A DNA stretch of 64,000 nucleotides from positions 42,594,001 through 42,658,000 of the forward strand of contig NC_042998.1 in NCBI RefSeq assembly GCF_006345805.1, in the 5' to 3' direction. This document shows, one piece after another, positions 53,261-64,000 of this stretch. Source of the stretch: Octopus sinensis. Lineage: Eukaryota. Under the pieces are notes generated by a model. That model saw only the letters and a list, made by a program, of their open reading frames with translations, was not told the origin of the DNA and did no database searches. Each line of letters begins with the position of its first letter. Positions within the stretch are counted from its first letter, which is position 1. Both the position numbers and the translations under genes were made by a program.

Positions 53261-54754
53261 GTATTCATGTATATATAACAGAGAGTGATAGAATTTCACT
53301 AAGCATACGCTACAGAGCTTTACTGGTCTCAGTTTGACTACTTATTGTCATTTTACCAATCGCCTCCGTCTGACCAAATGCTACTCCGCAATTATGCCGA
53401 GAAACAACGCAGTATACTCGACGTTTCCATGGTTGACGTTTTCTGCTAAAAGTGCTGAACTTTTCTACCTGTAATATACATTATTCCCCACACTGTGCAG
53501 ACACACTCTGCACGCACGCATGTATGTGTACATGTGTATTTGTGCGCGTGTATATATGTGTGTAAAATTCATCAAAACACTTGTAACAAGCTGTTTAATC
53601 TCTCTATATATTATATTCATATTTTCTGAGTGCTTCAATCTTTAATCTGGAAAACGAAGCCTAATATCATATGTACATTTAATAGTGGTCGGTAATTAAT
53701 ATATCGAGCAGAGGGAATGCGAATAAAACCAAATGAATTATTATTATTTTCGTCTATTTTGGTCAGATTCATAATTCTCTACACAGAATGACTTTGCTTT
53801 ATGAAAAGATAATTCTTGGAATAAATGAATATGGTAATTATTGATAGTCCACTAAAATGTTAAAAGTGGTCAAGCGAAGGTGTAATTCGCGTCGTTTATT
53901 TGCTTTTGAAGAGAGTGCTAGACAACTTAATTTTATCAGATAACATGAATGGACATAGAAATAGTGAATAATCAACACCGAAACACGAATTACACTGACC
54001 AGAACACAGCTAGAAGGTGAATTTATTAGAAGAAGTGTAATCTCTTTCGATAAAAGCGCTTGCTGTTTCTAGCTTTCGTTATGATACACGTTGGGAAGCC
54101 GAGTCTGCGACCTAATTTCGATTTGCGTCAGAAGTTATTTTGACTTCATTTATATTGCTGAAGCATTACAAAAAAATTTCTTTTTCGTTTGATCTAAATA
54201 TCATGGTTTCGTGGTTTCATAAGGAAACAACTAAAAGCATCTCTAATCCATTCTCTGTGATATTATTGCAGAAACTTTTGTAGTTGTTTATTACTATATC
54301 TAATGATTTGAGTAAAGGAAGCTCCTTGTCGAAGTGATTTCCATTTTTCTCTGCTTTTTGCGTCATCTTGTAGCATATTTTTTTTATATATGCCTTTTAA
54401 ATCTTAATAGATTCATATTATAGTTGAATATCACTCATTTGACAATACCAATGTTTTATGCCTTGCACTTTATCTATAGCTCTCTCAGAGCTTTATTTCT
54501 TACGGAGTTTCGAAAGTTATATCCTAGCAACAGACAAGAACATTTGGATTGTTGGAATAATAATGTTATTGCGTTCATGTGGGATAAGATTAAATCAGAA
54601 CTCGTGTGCACCCTGAATATCTTGAATTATGTCCTTCCTCTTTTCGGGCCCCAGATTACTGATGGAGTCGTGATATACGGTATTGGCACTTTTAATTCTA
54701 GCGGTTTTAAAAATCCTTCTCCAGGTCTAAGTTCAGTCATTTTAATTTTTGTCG

Positions 54755-54945
54755 GAAGAAGAAGAAGAAGAAGAAGAAGAAGAAGAAGAAGAAGAAGAAG
54801 AAGAAGAAGAATAGGCCGAACTGGAATGTTACTTTATTTATCGACTCTGGAAGGTTGAAAGGCAAGTTTGACATCAGAAAGATTTGAACTCAGGAACAAA
54901 TACCGAAAACTATTCTCCCCGACACGCCGTTGATTCGGCCACCTC
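54755..54945 (-). mobile_element. (AAG)n tract and a diverged SINE B copy
   Basis: TTTATTTATCGACTCTGGAAGGTTGAAAGGCAAG...GATTTGAACTCAG. Confidence 0.7.
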
Positions 54946-56294
54946 GTTGGCAAAATTATGTTGTATCACACTCAAAACGTTTCAGTTTACCTTGGCCTTT
55001 CCGACTCTTGGACCGTTACAAGAGTAACAACTGATAATTTCGTTCATATGGTAGAACTGATGGGATATAGGCCTGCTAGCATAAAGGTCGAAGGTTCGTA
55101 TCCTAACACTGGTGATAAGCTATGTTCATGAGCAAGACACAACTTTCAGTGGTGCAGAAGATTTTGTTGAAATATATAGTGTGTATATAAGAGAGCTATG
55201 TTGAATGTATTTGAGAAAAATCTCCTCAAGTACTCAATCCCAGACTGCATTATTTCAGCCACCACAGTCAGCTTCCGCATCGGACACAGGCCTTTGTTCT
55301 GATTATGGGCTTTGTATGATGCATAATCGTTCATCTTCTAAAGAGATACTTTCTAGTGTTATTTTCCAAATAGGTAAATATTATATTTGGAATAGTTGAA
55401 AAAACTATTACTGGAGGTTTCCTCATACATTTCAGGTCTTTGCATTTCTTATTGACATTATTCCTGAGTTAATTTCATTCGATAATGGTATACTTTGTCG
55501 AAAATAAAAGGAATTTCTTAGCTTGCTATTGATAATCGAAGCATATATTTTAAGCTTATAAATGAAATGTACAAAATCTAATTATTGTATGTTTTAAAGG
55601 ATAGGTGTCTGCTATTATTTAGTTATTATTTAGTCAACTGGACAGGGCATTGCTCTTGTACTTCGCTGACTTTCCGAGTTAAATAAGATTGATACAGTTG
55701 ATGCTAAGTTCAATGACTGCAAGAAAGGCATGGGTAGGAAGAGAATTCCAAAGGGCTGACATTATTGAATAAAAGAACGGGAAAAGATGGTAGGTGCAGC
55801 ATAGAGGAAAAAAAAGCTAACTTTAAAAAGTAGAATCTATTGTAGTAACCATGAAAATGTTGAGTGGATAAAGAGCATTTCTGTGAGCTAAAGGTTAAAA
55901 TAATTTAGTGAGCAAGTGTTTGCAAACCAGTCTGTGGCTTTCTCTTTTTTTATATACAGTCTAAGATGTTTGTGTGTGGCAGCAGAACAATGGGTAGTGC
56001 TGTCATTACAGCATTATAGGCTCCCTGACAAAGTAATGCACTCGGCAACTGCGCCGTGTACACATTCGTTTAGACAACATTGGATGTCGGAGTAGTATTC
56101 CACTGAGCATTGAAGACTCAACAAATGTTCTGAACTGAATTATTTTATGGCCTTGAATTGGAATCTTAGTTATTGTGGTGCAACTTTTGCTGTGTTCTGA
56201 ATTCACGGTCCTCAGTGGCTGTAAAGCATGTTGTCTATGATTAGGAACATATTTTCATTATATATATATATGGGGACAACCGAAATTCCTCTTT

Positions 56295-56329
<35 letters not shown>

Positions 56330-56334
56330 GCTCT

Positions 56335-56572
56335 CTTACACACACACATATACGACGGGTTTATATATGTGTATGTATGTGTACGTGTGTCATTGTGTCT
56401 GTGTTCCCTCACCACCGTTTGACAATCGCTGTTGGTGTGTTTATGTCCCCGTAACTTTGGCAAGAGATCCTGATAAAATAAGTACTGGGGTCAATTCATT
56501 CGACTAAAAAGTCTTCAGGGTGGTGCCTTATAACTGGCGCTGTCTAATAACTGAAACAAGTAAAAGATAATA
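56335..56572 (+). mobile_element. SINE family A, 3' part
   Basis: ACGACGGG-(TA/TG)n-CACCACCGTTTGACAATCGCTGTTGGTGTGTTTATGTCCCCGTAACTT...CTGAAACAAGTAAAAGATAA. Confidence 0.85.
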
Positions 56573-56574
56573 AA

Positions 56575-56619
<45 letters not shown>

Positions 56620-57213
56620 TGTGTGTGCGTGTGTGTTTGTGTGTGTGTAAGAAGCTTATGACTTCCTATCCAGATCAATTCCTGAGTGTTTCCATCATTC
56701 AAAGTTTTCTGTAGTAATATATATTAATGCACAAAATCAGTGTAGTAGTTAGGTTCTATATGTTTGATGTTTTATTTAGTCATATTGTTCGCTGTTATTT
56801 TATTTGTTCTTACTAATTTGATTATCAGTAGCAACATTACATAAAAGAGGTGAAAGAAAATTTTAGATATGGTAGGTCGTACCTGTAGCTACGCTGCTGG
56901 TAAAAATATTTGTAAATCATGCACGCACCTACATAAATTGTTCAAATAATGTTTAGATTGATTTACTCTGTGAAGTTTAATAAGCATTTGAATACTGCTA
57001 AACTATAACATTTAAATGGTGACTACACTACCTACCTATCTACCTATCTATCTACCTACCTACATACCTACATACATACATACATACATACATACATACA
57101 TACATACATACATACATACATACATACATCATTCTCTCTCTCACTGTATTTCTATCTCAACAACAACTTTTATCCTCCCCTTCTTTTTTCTTTCTACATA
57201 AGTGTTGTGACAA

Positions 57214-58150
57214 TTTAGATTCAGATGAATATGGTATGTAAGTTGAGGCACCAGAATTTTGTACGGTATTATCCATACAATTTCAAAATAGGGTGATTAA
57301 AATCAAAATAAGCAACAAGGATATCCAGAGGTAATGCAGTACGATCGTTTCATACAATTCCATTTAATTGAACAATGCAATCATTTCATTACATCAATTT
57401 AAAATGTAGAGCAATCTTCAGCTGCATAAAGTAATAGAATTTAATTAAATTAGAACAGAACACATTAGTATAATTTTACCTAATATCTCCAGTAAGTTAA
57501 GGAGATAGACAAGGAACATGTTGTACCTACAACATCATAATTGTAACTGAATTTTTTTTCCCAAGAAGACATTGCCTGTCACTGATTTTTTGTTATTTTG
57601 TTCTTTTATGGGGTCAGTTTTAATTTATAGACTAGTTTATCAAATCCTTTGTATATTTAAGGCTGAGAGAAAACAGAGGGTAGTATCTGTTCGGGGGGGG
57701 GGGTAGAGTTGATGGAGTAGACAGACATTCTAGATGGTATAGTCATAAAATCAAGATTTATTAGAAGCAATGTCATGAGGTTTAGTAAGGGAAAATTTAA
57801 AACAAGATGTTAATTGATAGCCCACTAGCAGACCATTGATAATGAAACAGGGGAAGTCTTATCATGTAGTACTACAGTTAAATACTATAAAACAATGCTG
57901 CTATATTGTATACAGATAAAGTTTAGGGTTATTCAAAAGATTATTAAGAAGAATATTATAACAAAAAGGATAGAAATTTATGAATACTTTTTAGTATATA
58001 TCAAACTTTTACCACAATAGAGGGAGAAAAAGAAAATATAGAAATAGTTTAATATTTATACATATTGTATACTTAAATACTAACTTATCAGATGGTATCT
58101 GTGAATATTGATTAAATGATTGACAGGCAGACAGACTGACGTCAGCTTAA
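57214..58150 (-). mobile_element. Penelope-like element, same family as 6058-8060
   Basis: 57214-57430 aligns with 6070-6270; AGGATAGAAATTT segment shared with about 7791. Confidence 0.7.
57334..57427 (-). ncRNA. Type I hammerhead ribozyme, intact core (best example)
   Basis: AUGCAG-CUGAAGA-UUGC...GUAU-GAAAC-GAUC-GUA-CUGCAU; perfect 6-bp helix I; predicted cleavage between 57340 and 57339. Confidence 0.75.
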
Positions 58151-58339
58151 ATTTTATAATATAAGATTAAACAGAGAAAGAAATACTTTTATGATACTCT
58201 AGAAGAGGACAATATATAATGATATTTAATGACATGTTAAGATAATAAGAAAACTGGCAAACTCAAAGGGAAAGAGGCAAATAAAATACATAGAAAATAC
58301 TATTGCTCCCATATGTATATAGCATAGAAAATGTGAAAG

Positions 58340-59180
58340 AAAGTAAAGCACTAATAAACACAACATTGGGTGGCAGGTGACAGCATAGACAAATAAATAT
58401 CAATTTTAGACATGTTGGCCATTAAAAGAAATGCCGACATTGAAACTGCAAACCAATAAACTGAAAACAATGTTATTTCTTGCCATTCAAAACATACCAG
58501 AGCAAATATATAGTTTAATTTGGTAAGATGAATCTGCATTTTTGTATCTACTGAAGGAAGTCGGTTTAAACAACTTCAAAAATTAAAGAAAATACTATTT
58601 GAAAGATGGTTGCCAGTAACATTAACTGATAAGGAAATAGAGCGTTTTAAAGAGGTAGATATTTCAGAATTGCAAAGTACAAAAGATACTTCAGATACCC
58701 TTAATGCTTTGCATTATGTATCAACACACAACCTATGAAATTCAGAAACAACTATCATAAACTATAGCATACATTGTCGGCAAAACATTCACGAATGGAA
58801 AGGGCACTCAAAACAAAAGATAATTAAAAGTTTAAAATGAACAAAGCCCTTAAAGAGATTATAAATCAGTGCTAAATTAGTATTAAAAATACAATTTTAA
58901 TGGCAAAAAAAAAAATTGTAGACCCCATAATTGTGTAATTTCGTTAATCACATTATTGAAGGTGTAACTTATTAATTCAAATCAGGTCATATATTTACAG
59001 TACATCAAGAAATTAAATTTATCTTGTTAAGTGTACAATTGCAATGAAGACTATGTAAAACAAATGGGATTAACTGGAAAATATAACAGTCCAGCTTATT
59101 TACAAGAACCCATTTACACACAAATATCTGTTAACTAAAATTTGAACATCTGTGCAACAAATAAATTCCTGAAATATTGG
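58340..59180 (+). mobile_element. Penelope-like RT C-terminus and GIY-YIG remnant
   Basis: ILDMLAIKRNADIET, SCHSKHTRANI*FNLVR*IC, LHYVSTHNL, and CNEDYVKQMG. Confidence 0.8.
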
Positions 59181-59390
59181 TTTCAAAGTTTCAAATTTTG
59201 GCGCAAAGCCAGCATTTCCAGTGAAGGGCTTAGTCGATTAAATCACCCCCAGTGCTCAACTGGTACTTATTTTATTCACTACAAAAGGATGAAAGGCAAA
59301 ACCGACCTCGGTGGAATTTGAACTCAGAACTTCAAGACAGATGAAGGATTCTGCCAGCTCGCAGTCTAAATTGCCCAAAATATTAATGTT
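59180..59390 (-). mobile_element. SINE family B copy
   Basis: AACTGGTACTTATTTTATT...AAAGGATGAAAGGCAAAACCGACCTCGGTGGAATTTGAACTCAGAAC. Confidence 0.85.
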
Positions 59391-59719
59391 TTCCTTTGTA
59401 CCAATGTGCTAACAGTGCTGCCGACCGAGTGAGGATACATGAAAAAAGTCCATTTATCTAAAAAAAATTACCAACAACATTGAAACAGATTGTGACTGTT
59501 ATTTAGATAAGACAATGTAATCAAATGAGAATATTTTAGAAGGATTAAAGGTCTTAGACTGCTATTCTTTCTCTGTTTACCTAACATGCAGCGATAGCAG
59601 AGAATAACTTAGTAAAATCACATGTCTAAAGCAACATTTCAAAAACAATACATTTGCTAGCAGCTGTTTGCAAGGCCATTAGCTGCGATATCATTTGTAA
59701 CTTTCCAGCTTGTTTTACT

Positions 59720-59759
<40 letters not shown>

Positions 59760-59922
59760 TTAAGGTAAAATTGTTTTTATTATAACTGAACATAAAAAAG
59801 CATTACTATAATAAAATATAATATAATATTATACGATCTTTTGGCTAAGATGTAATATGTGTGTATGTGTATGTGTGTATGTGTATATTATATATATATA
59901 CACACATAGATACATATATATA

Positions 59923-60013
<91 letters not shown>

Positions 60014-60123
60014 CATATGTGTGTGTGTATTTTTCCCTTGTTAACAATTAATACCAGTGATATCTTCAAAACACGTGTCAGAAGTAAAAGAATTTGAATA
60101 ACACCTGCGTTTAACTCCATTTA

Positions 60124-60177
<54 letters not shown>

Positions 60178-60727
60178 TGCGCATACCTGTGCGCCTGTGT
60201 ATACACACACACATATATTCAAGTGTTGTAATATGGAATTTATCTACTTTATGGAGCAAAGAAATGGACGAATAGAGTGGTTATTGAATTACAAAGTGCA
60301 TCGATTGTCAAGTAATTCAATGATTTTATAGGGAACACAGAGTTTGTATTTTTCTTAGTGGTATTAGAGAGAGAACCTTTGTCAACTCATCTAAATCATT
60401 TAGTAAAGTTGGATATAGCATACTTAATGTTGTAAGTCGTGAAATTTCCATACTGATGTAAAGACATTTATCTTAGTGATTAATTCCGGTGGAGAAAAGC
60501 AAAAGAAGACAACTTCAGAATTTACAGTAATTACTTAGAATGCCCTGGCCCCTGGGGTGTGTGGCTGATCTTCGGTAGTATGATGAACAACTTTAGGCAT
60601 GTTTCAAATTTATTTACATCATTAGCAGAGTATAGTCTAATTGTTACTGCTAGGTCCTTCACTACCCGCTTTCTCTATCTCCCTATCCTTTCTAGATACC
60701 ATGTAACCATGCCATTTCTCCTTTAAG

Positions 60728-60758
<31 letters not shown>

Positions 60759-61239
60759 TTATGTTTTGTTTTGGTTTGGTTTGCTTTGGCTTGGTTTGGT
60801 TTTCATCCCGCAGGATGTCCGACAAAAACCACCCTCCTTACCTAACAGGTTTGGTAGGGTCATCAGTTTAGTTGACAACAGTCCAACCATACGACAGGGT
60901 GTACTAGGTTATCAGTAGCACTAACAGTGACCTTACATGTATGTATGTATGGATGGATGTGTGTAAAATTAATTTAAAACATGCGTATATGCATGGCTAA
61001 AGTATGTAACTAACACGTACCGGTTTCTATCACTGCTAATACATATATAGATGCATGCGACAATAGGGTGACATTTTGTGGGAGATTGATGAAAGTGTAT
61101 CCTTAATATAGCCTAGATTGCATCACAAAGAGTGGCTCTTTTCTTAAGAGCCAGAAAATACTTCATCCTCAACAATTATTGATACTCTACAAAGCTTAAG
61201 GTAGGCCTAACAATGGAATAGCTCTCACATCATGGAACA

Positions 61240-61430
61240 GTGTTGTTGCTGACATCCAAGAATGCATCCAGAAAAGTACCACCTGACTAATTAGCATAAA
61301 GTTACTCACAGAGATGCTCCAGCCTCTTGCCCATAGGCAAGTTGACCCTTCTCACTACCTTTGGTCCTATAATGGCCTCTGCTCCCAGATGCCAGCTGGA
61401 CTCGTACCACCTATTCTCAAGCATTCCTCA
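61240..61430 (+). mobile_element. CR1-group LINE C-terminal remnant
   Basis: IQECIQKSTT*LISIKLLTEMLQPLAHRQV...YNGLCSQMPAGLVPP resembles LQPLxHRR...YYxGxCS. Confidence 0.5.
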
Positions 61431-62481
61431 ATGTGTGTGTGTGCATACATAGATATACATGCACACTCATATAGCGTGTGTGTGTGTGTGTCTATTTGCC
61501 TGTAAGCGAGAGAGGGAGAGAGACAGAGACCGACAGACAGCAAGAGATAACTTGAATCGAACAGAATGAGAGAGGGTGAGAGAGTAAATATGAAGATGAC
61601 TGACAGTTAAACTACATGCATAAATATACACTCATACACCCAGGCCCAGAAGCACATACACTTGTAACTAATGACATATATGAGCTTGTGTTTTCAACTG
61701 TGATAACATACTTTATTACAGAAATATCTAAAAAATATATTCTCAAATATTTTAATAACAACAACAATATGTTTTATTAAAATATTCAGAATGCTTACAG
61801 CCATATTCCATTTATATACATATAATTAATGTCACTAGCTCTTTACAGTCACACAATTGTATTCAATAAAATATTCTGTGTATCGAGGGTGAAATATATG
61901 TTTCTGTTGGAACCTCAGATCTCCTGTACTAGATGAGCCTGGTCAAGAGCCAAGGGATATAATATTACCATTCACCTTATAACGATTTTATAACTATCTC
62001 AAATGTTCTCTTATGTGTATAAGGTACATTAGTTTAGGTCATGAAATCTTGAGGAAGGACCAGTGGATATCTGATAAAATCCTCCATCAGAAAAACCTTG
62101 AATTTTTAATGAACCATCACTTTCTGTCGGGGTGCAAATTATCTTTTGTAAGCCTTGTCGTACCTATTATCTGTTAGAGCATTGTGTTATATAACAACAG
62201 GTTTGCATAAAAGACTAGAAATGCTGAGTTCTTCAAGAAATAACAAAGCAAATTGATGTGTATCTTCCATATTCAACTGATTAGTGGTACATCAAAATAT
62301 GTGAGACCTTCCTGAGATTCTCCATTTGAGTTTTCTGTAACGAACATATACTCACAATCATATGTGCATATGGCATTCATGAACATACATTAACGCTAAT
62401 GAAAAGCACACAACTGTGTATTTAGGTGACAAATTCACCCCTTGTATTTCAAGTTTGTCAACACATCTTTTTGTCTCTTTT

Positions 62482-62791
62482 TTAAGCCCTTTTCAAGCCT
62501 AGCCAGGCTCATGGGCCCAGTTTCCCGGTTTCTGTGGCATATGCCCCCCCCCCCCACCTGCTGGACGTGATGCCAGTCCATCGCAGCGTTACTCAAGAAA
62601 CAGGAAGAGAGTGTGAGAGAAAGTTGTGGTGAAAGAGTACAACAGGGGTTGCCACCCCCACCCCCCTGATGGAGCCTCGTGGAGCTTTTAGGTGTTCTCG
62701 CTCAATAAACACACACAACGCCCGGTCTGGGAATCAAAACTGCAATCCTCCGAGTCCGCTGCCCTAACCACTGGGCCATTGCACCTCCACA
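62482..62791 (-). mobile_element. SINE family C copy
   Basis: Head GGAGGTGCAATGGCCCAGTGGTTAGGGC...TTTGATTCCCAGACCGGG, core GTGTTTATTGAGCGAGAACAC. Confidence 0.85.
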
Positions 62792-63104
62792 CTTTGCCAA
62801 CACATGTACCTACATATATGCACATATCAACTCATTCATGTGTTTACAAATTTTAAGGACTTCTTTGACTAAAAGAACAGTCTTGAGTTCTGCAAAGAAA
62901 ATTAATCATGTATACATCCATACAGGCAGTCATTCAGGCAAGCTGGCAGGCATGCTTATGTAGTCATGAGCTGGCTTAGACACCCATTCAAATCTTCTAT
63001 TACTGACCTAGTGGAAGACTGAGGCTGTGACAGCTGGAAGAAAAGAGGACTGCACCATTAGTCAGCTTGCATTCAGTTTCGGCTTTGTTAACACATCAGA
63101 CGAG

Positions 63105-63490
63105 CATTTCTTCTGACTTGTTACATTCTGAGTTCAAATCTAGCCGAGGATAACTTTGCCTTTCATCCCTTTAAGGTCGATAAAATAAAGTACCAGTCAA
63201 GTATTGGAGTCAATGTAATCAACTTGTCCCCTTTCCTCAAAATTGCTGGCCTTGTACCCTGCAATGAACCAGCGTTCTTTTTGGGAAGAATGTTGTGATC
63301 TCTTTCACTTATATGCCATAGAAAGCAGGTGCCTGGCCTTATGACTCCAAGGGCTTGCCAAAAAAAAAAAAAAATGCTGAAGAAACATGAAAGGAAGTCA
63401 AAGACACAACATCTTGCCCGGTCCAAGAATTGAACCAATGAACTTATAATTGTTAAACCAACATCCTAATTGCTGGGCTTCATTGGTATG
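63105..63490. mobile_element. SINE B (+, 63105-63255) and SINE C relic (-, about 63380-63490)
   Basis: Direct similarity to the other copies. Confidence 0.75.
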
Positions 63491-63590
63491 TACCCATATG
63501 CATGAAAACACACACAACCACACATAAATGCATGCACATATGAATACATACTTACATACAGACAGACAGATAGACAGACACTAAAACTTT

Positions 63591-64000
63591 ACAGAAGTTT
63601 ATCATTTAAGTATATATATGAGCATGTCTAGATATGCAACTATATGCATGAGAATACATACATAAAACAAAACACACAAATCTGCACATGTGCATACATA
63701 CATACATTGAACTATTGAGAAATCTGCAGTTACTTTATCCAGATTACAAGCTTAGGTTTATACCTGTTATTATATGTAACACACTGCCTAAATACCAATC
63801 TTGAGAAATTAAGCTTCTCAAACCCAGAAAGAGAAAGCTAATTTGAAAACTACAGATCCAATCCATCACTGGAACTGTAAAAATCTGTAAAACTTTCTTC
63901 AAGACAGAAGTTTATCATTTAAATATATGGGCATGTCTAGATATGCAACTATATGCATGAGAATACATGCATAAAACAAAACATACAAATCCGCATACAT
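63591..64000. repeat. About 100-bp direct repeat (63591-63700 and 63903-64000), period about 313 bp, may continue past the window
   Basis: ACAGAAGTTTATCATTTAA...GCATGTCTAGATATGCAACTATATGCATGAGAATACAT.CATAAAACAAAACA present twice. Confidence 0.85.

Noticed and set aside
54755-54858. Poly-Arg tail of ORF 54424-54858
   Set aside because: (AAG)n tract beside a SINE; not evidence of a basic protein
62040-62340. Minus-strand exon-like frames (ENSNGESQEGLTYFDVPLIS*, VRQGLQKIICTPTESDGS...)
   Set aside because: Short, weak acceptors, no recognisable homology

Overview
Eukaryotic, AT-rich, repeat-saturated DNA with very dense (TA)n, (CA)n, (TATG)n and (GATA)n arrays. The SINE families match my recollection of octopus (coleoid cephalopod) repeats; this is recognition from memory, not a search result. 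No intact host gene can be supported, and most ORFs in the track are microsatellite or TE read-throughs. The window holds three tRNA-type SINE families (about 30 copies) and at least six Penelope-like element (PLE) remnants. It also holds RTE, R4/Dong-like, Tx1/L1-like and CR1-like LINE remnants, a Gypsy RNase H remnant, a full-length decayed mariner, Tc1 and hAT transposase remnants, non-autonomous Helitrons and several MITE or foldback elements. The main unexplained signal is a set of nine type I hammerhead-ribozyme folds. Four have intact cores and one has a single core substitution; two copies of one family show compensatory base changes, and several share a non-canonical U.U pair at the base of helix II. 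Other highlights are a PLE GIY-YIG nuclease split by about 190 codons of Ser/Thr/Asp repeats, a 5'-inverted RTE, a short TSD-flanked RTE-like element, a near-perfect inverted SINE pair, and a speculative spliced LPxRF-amide-like coding segment.
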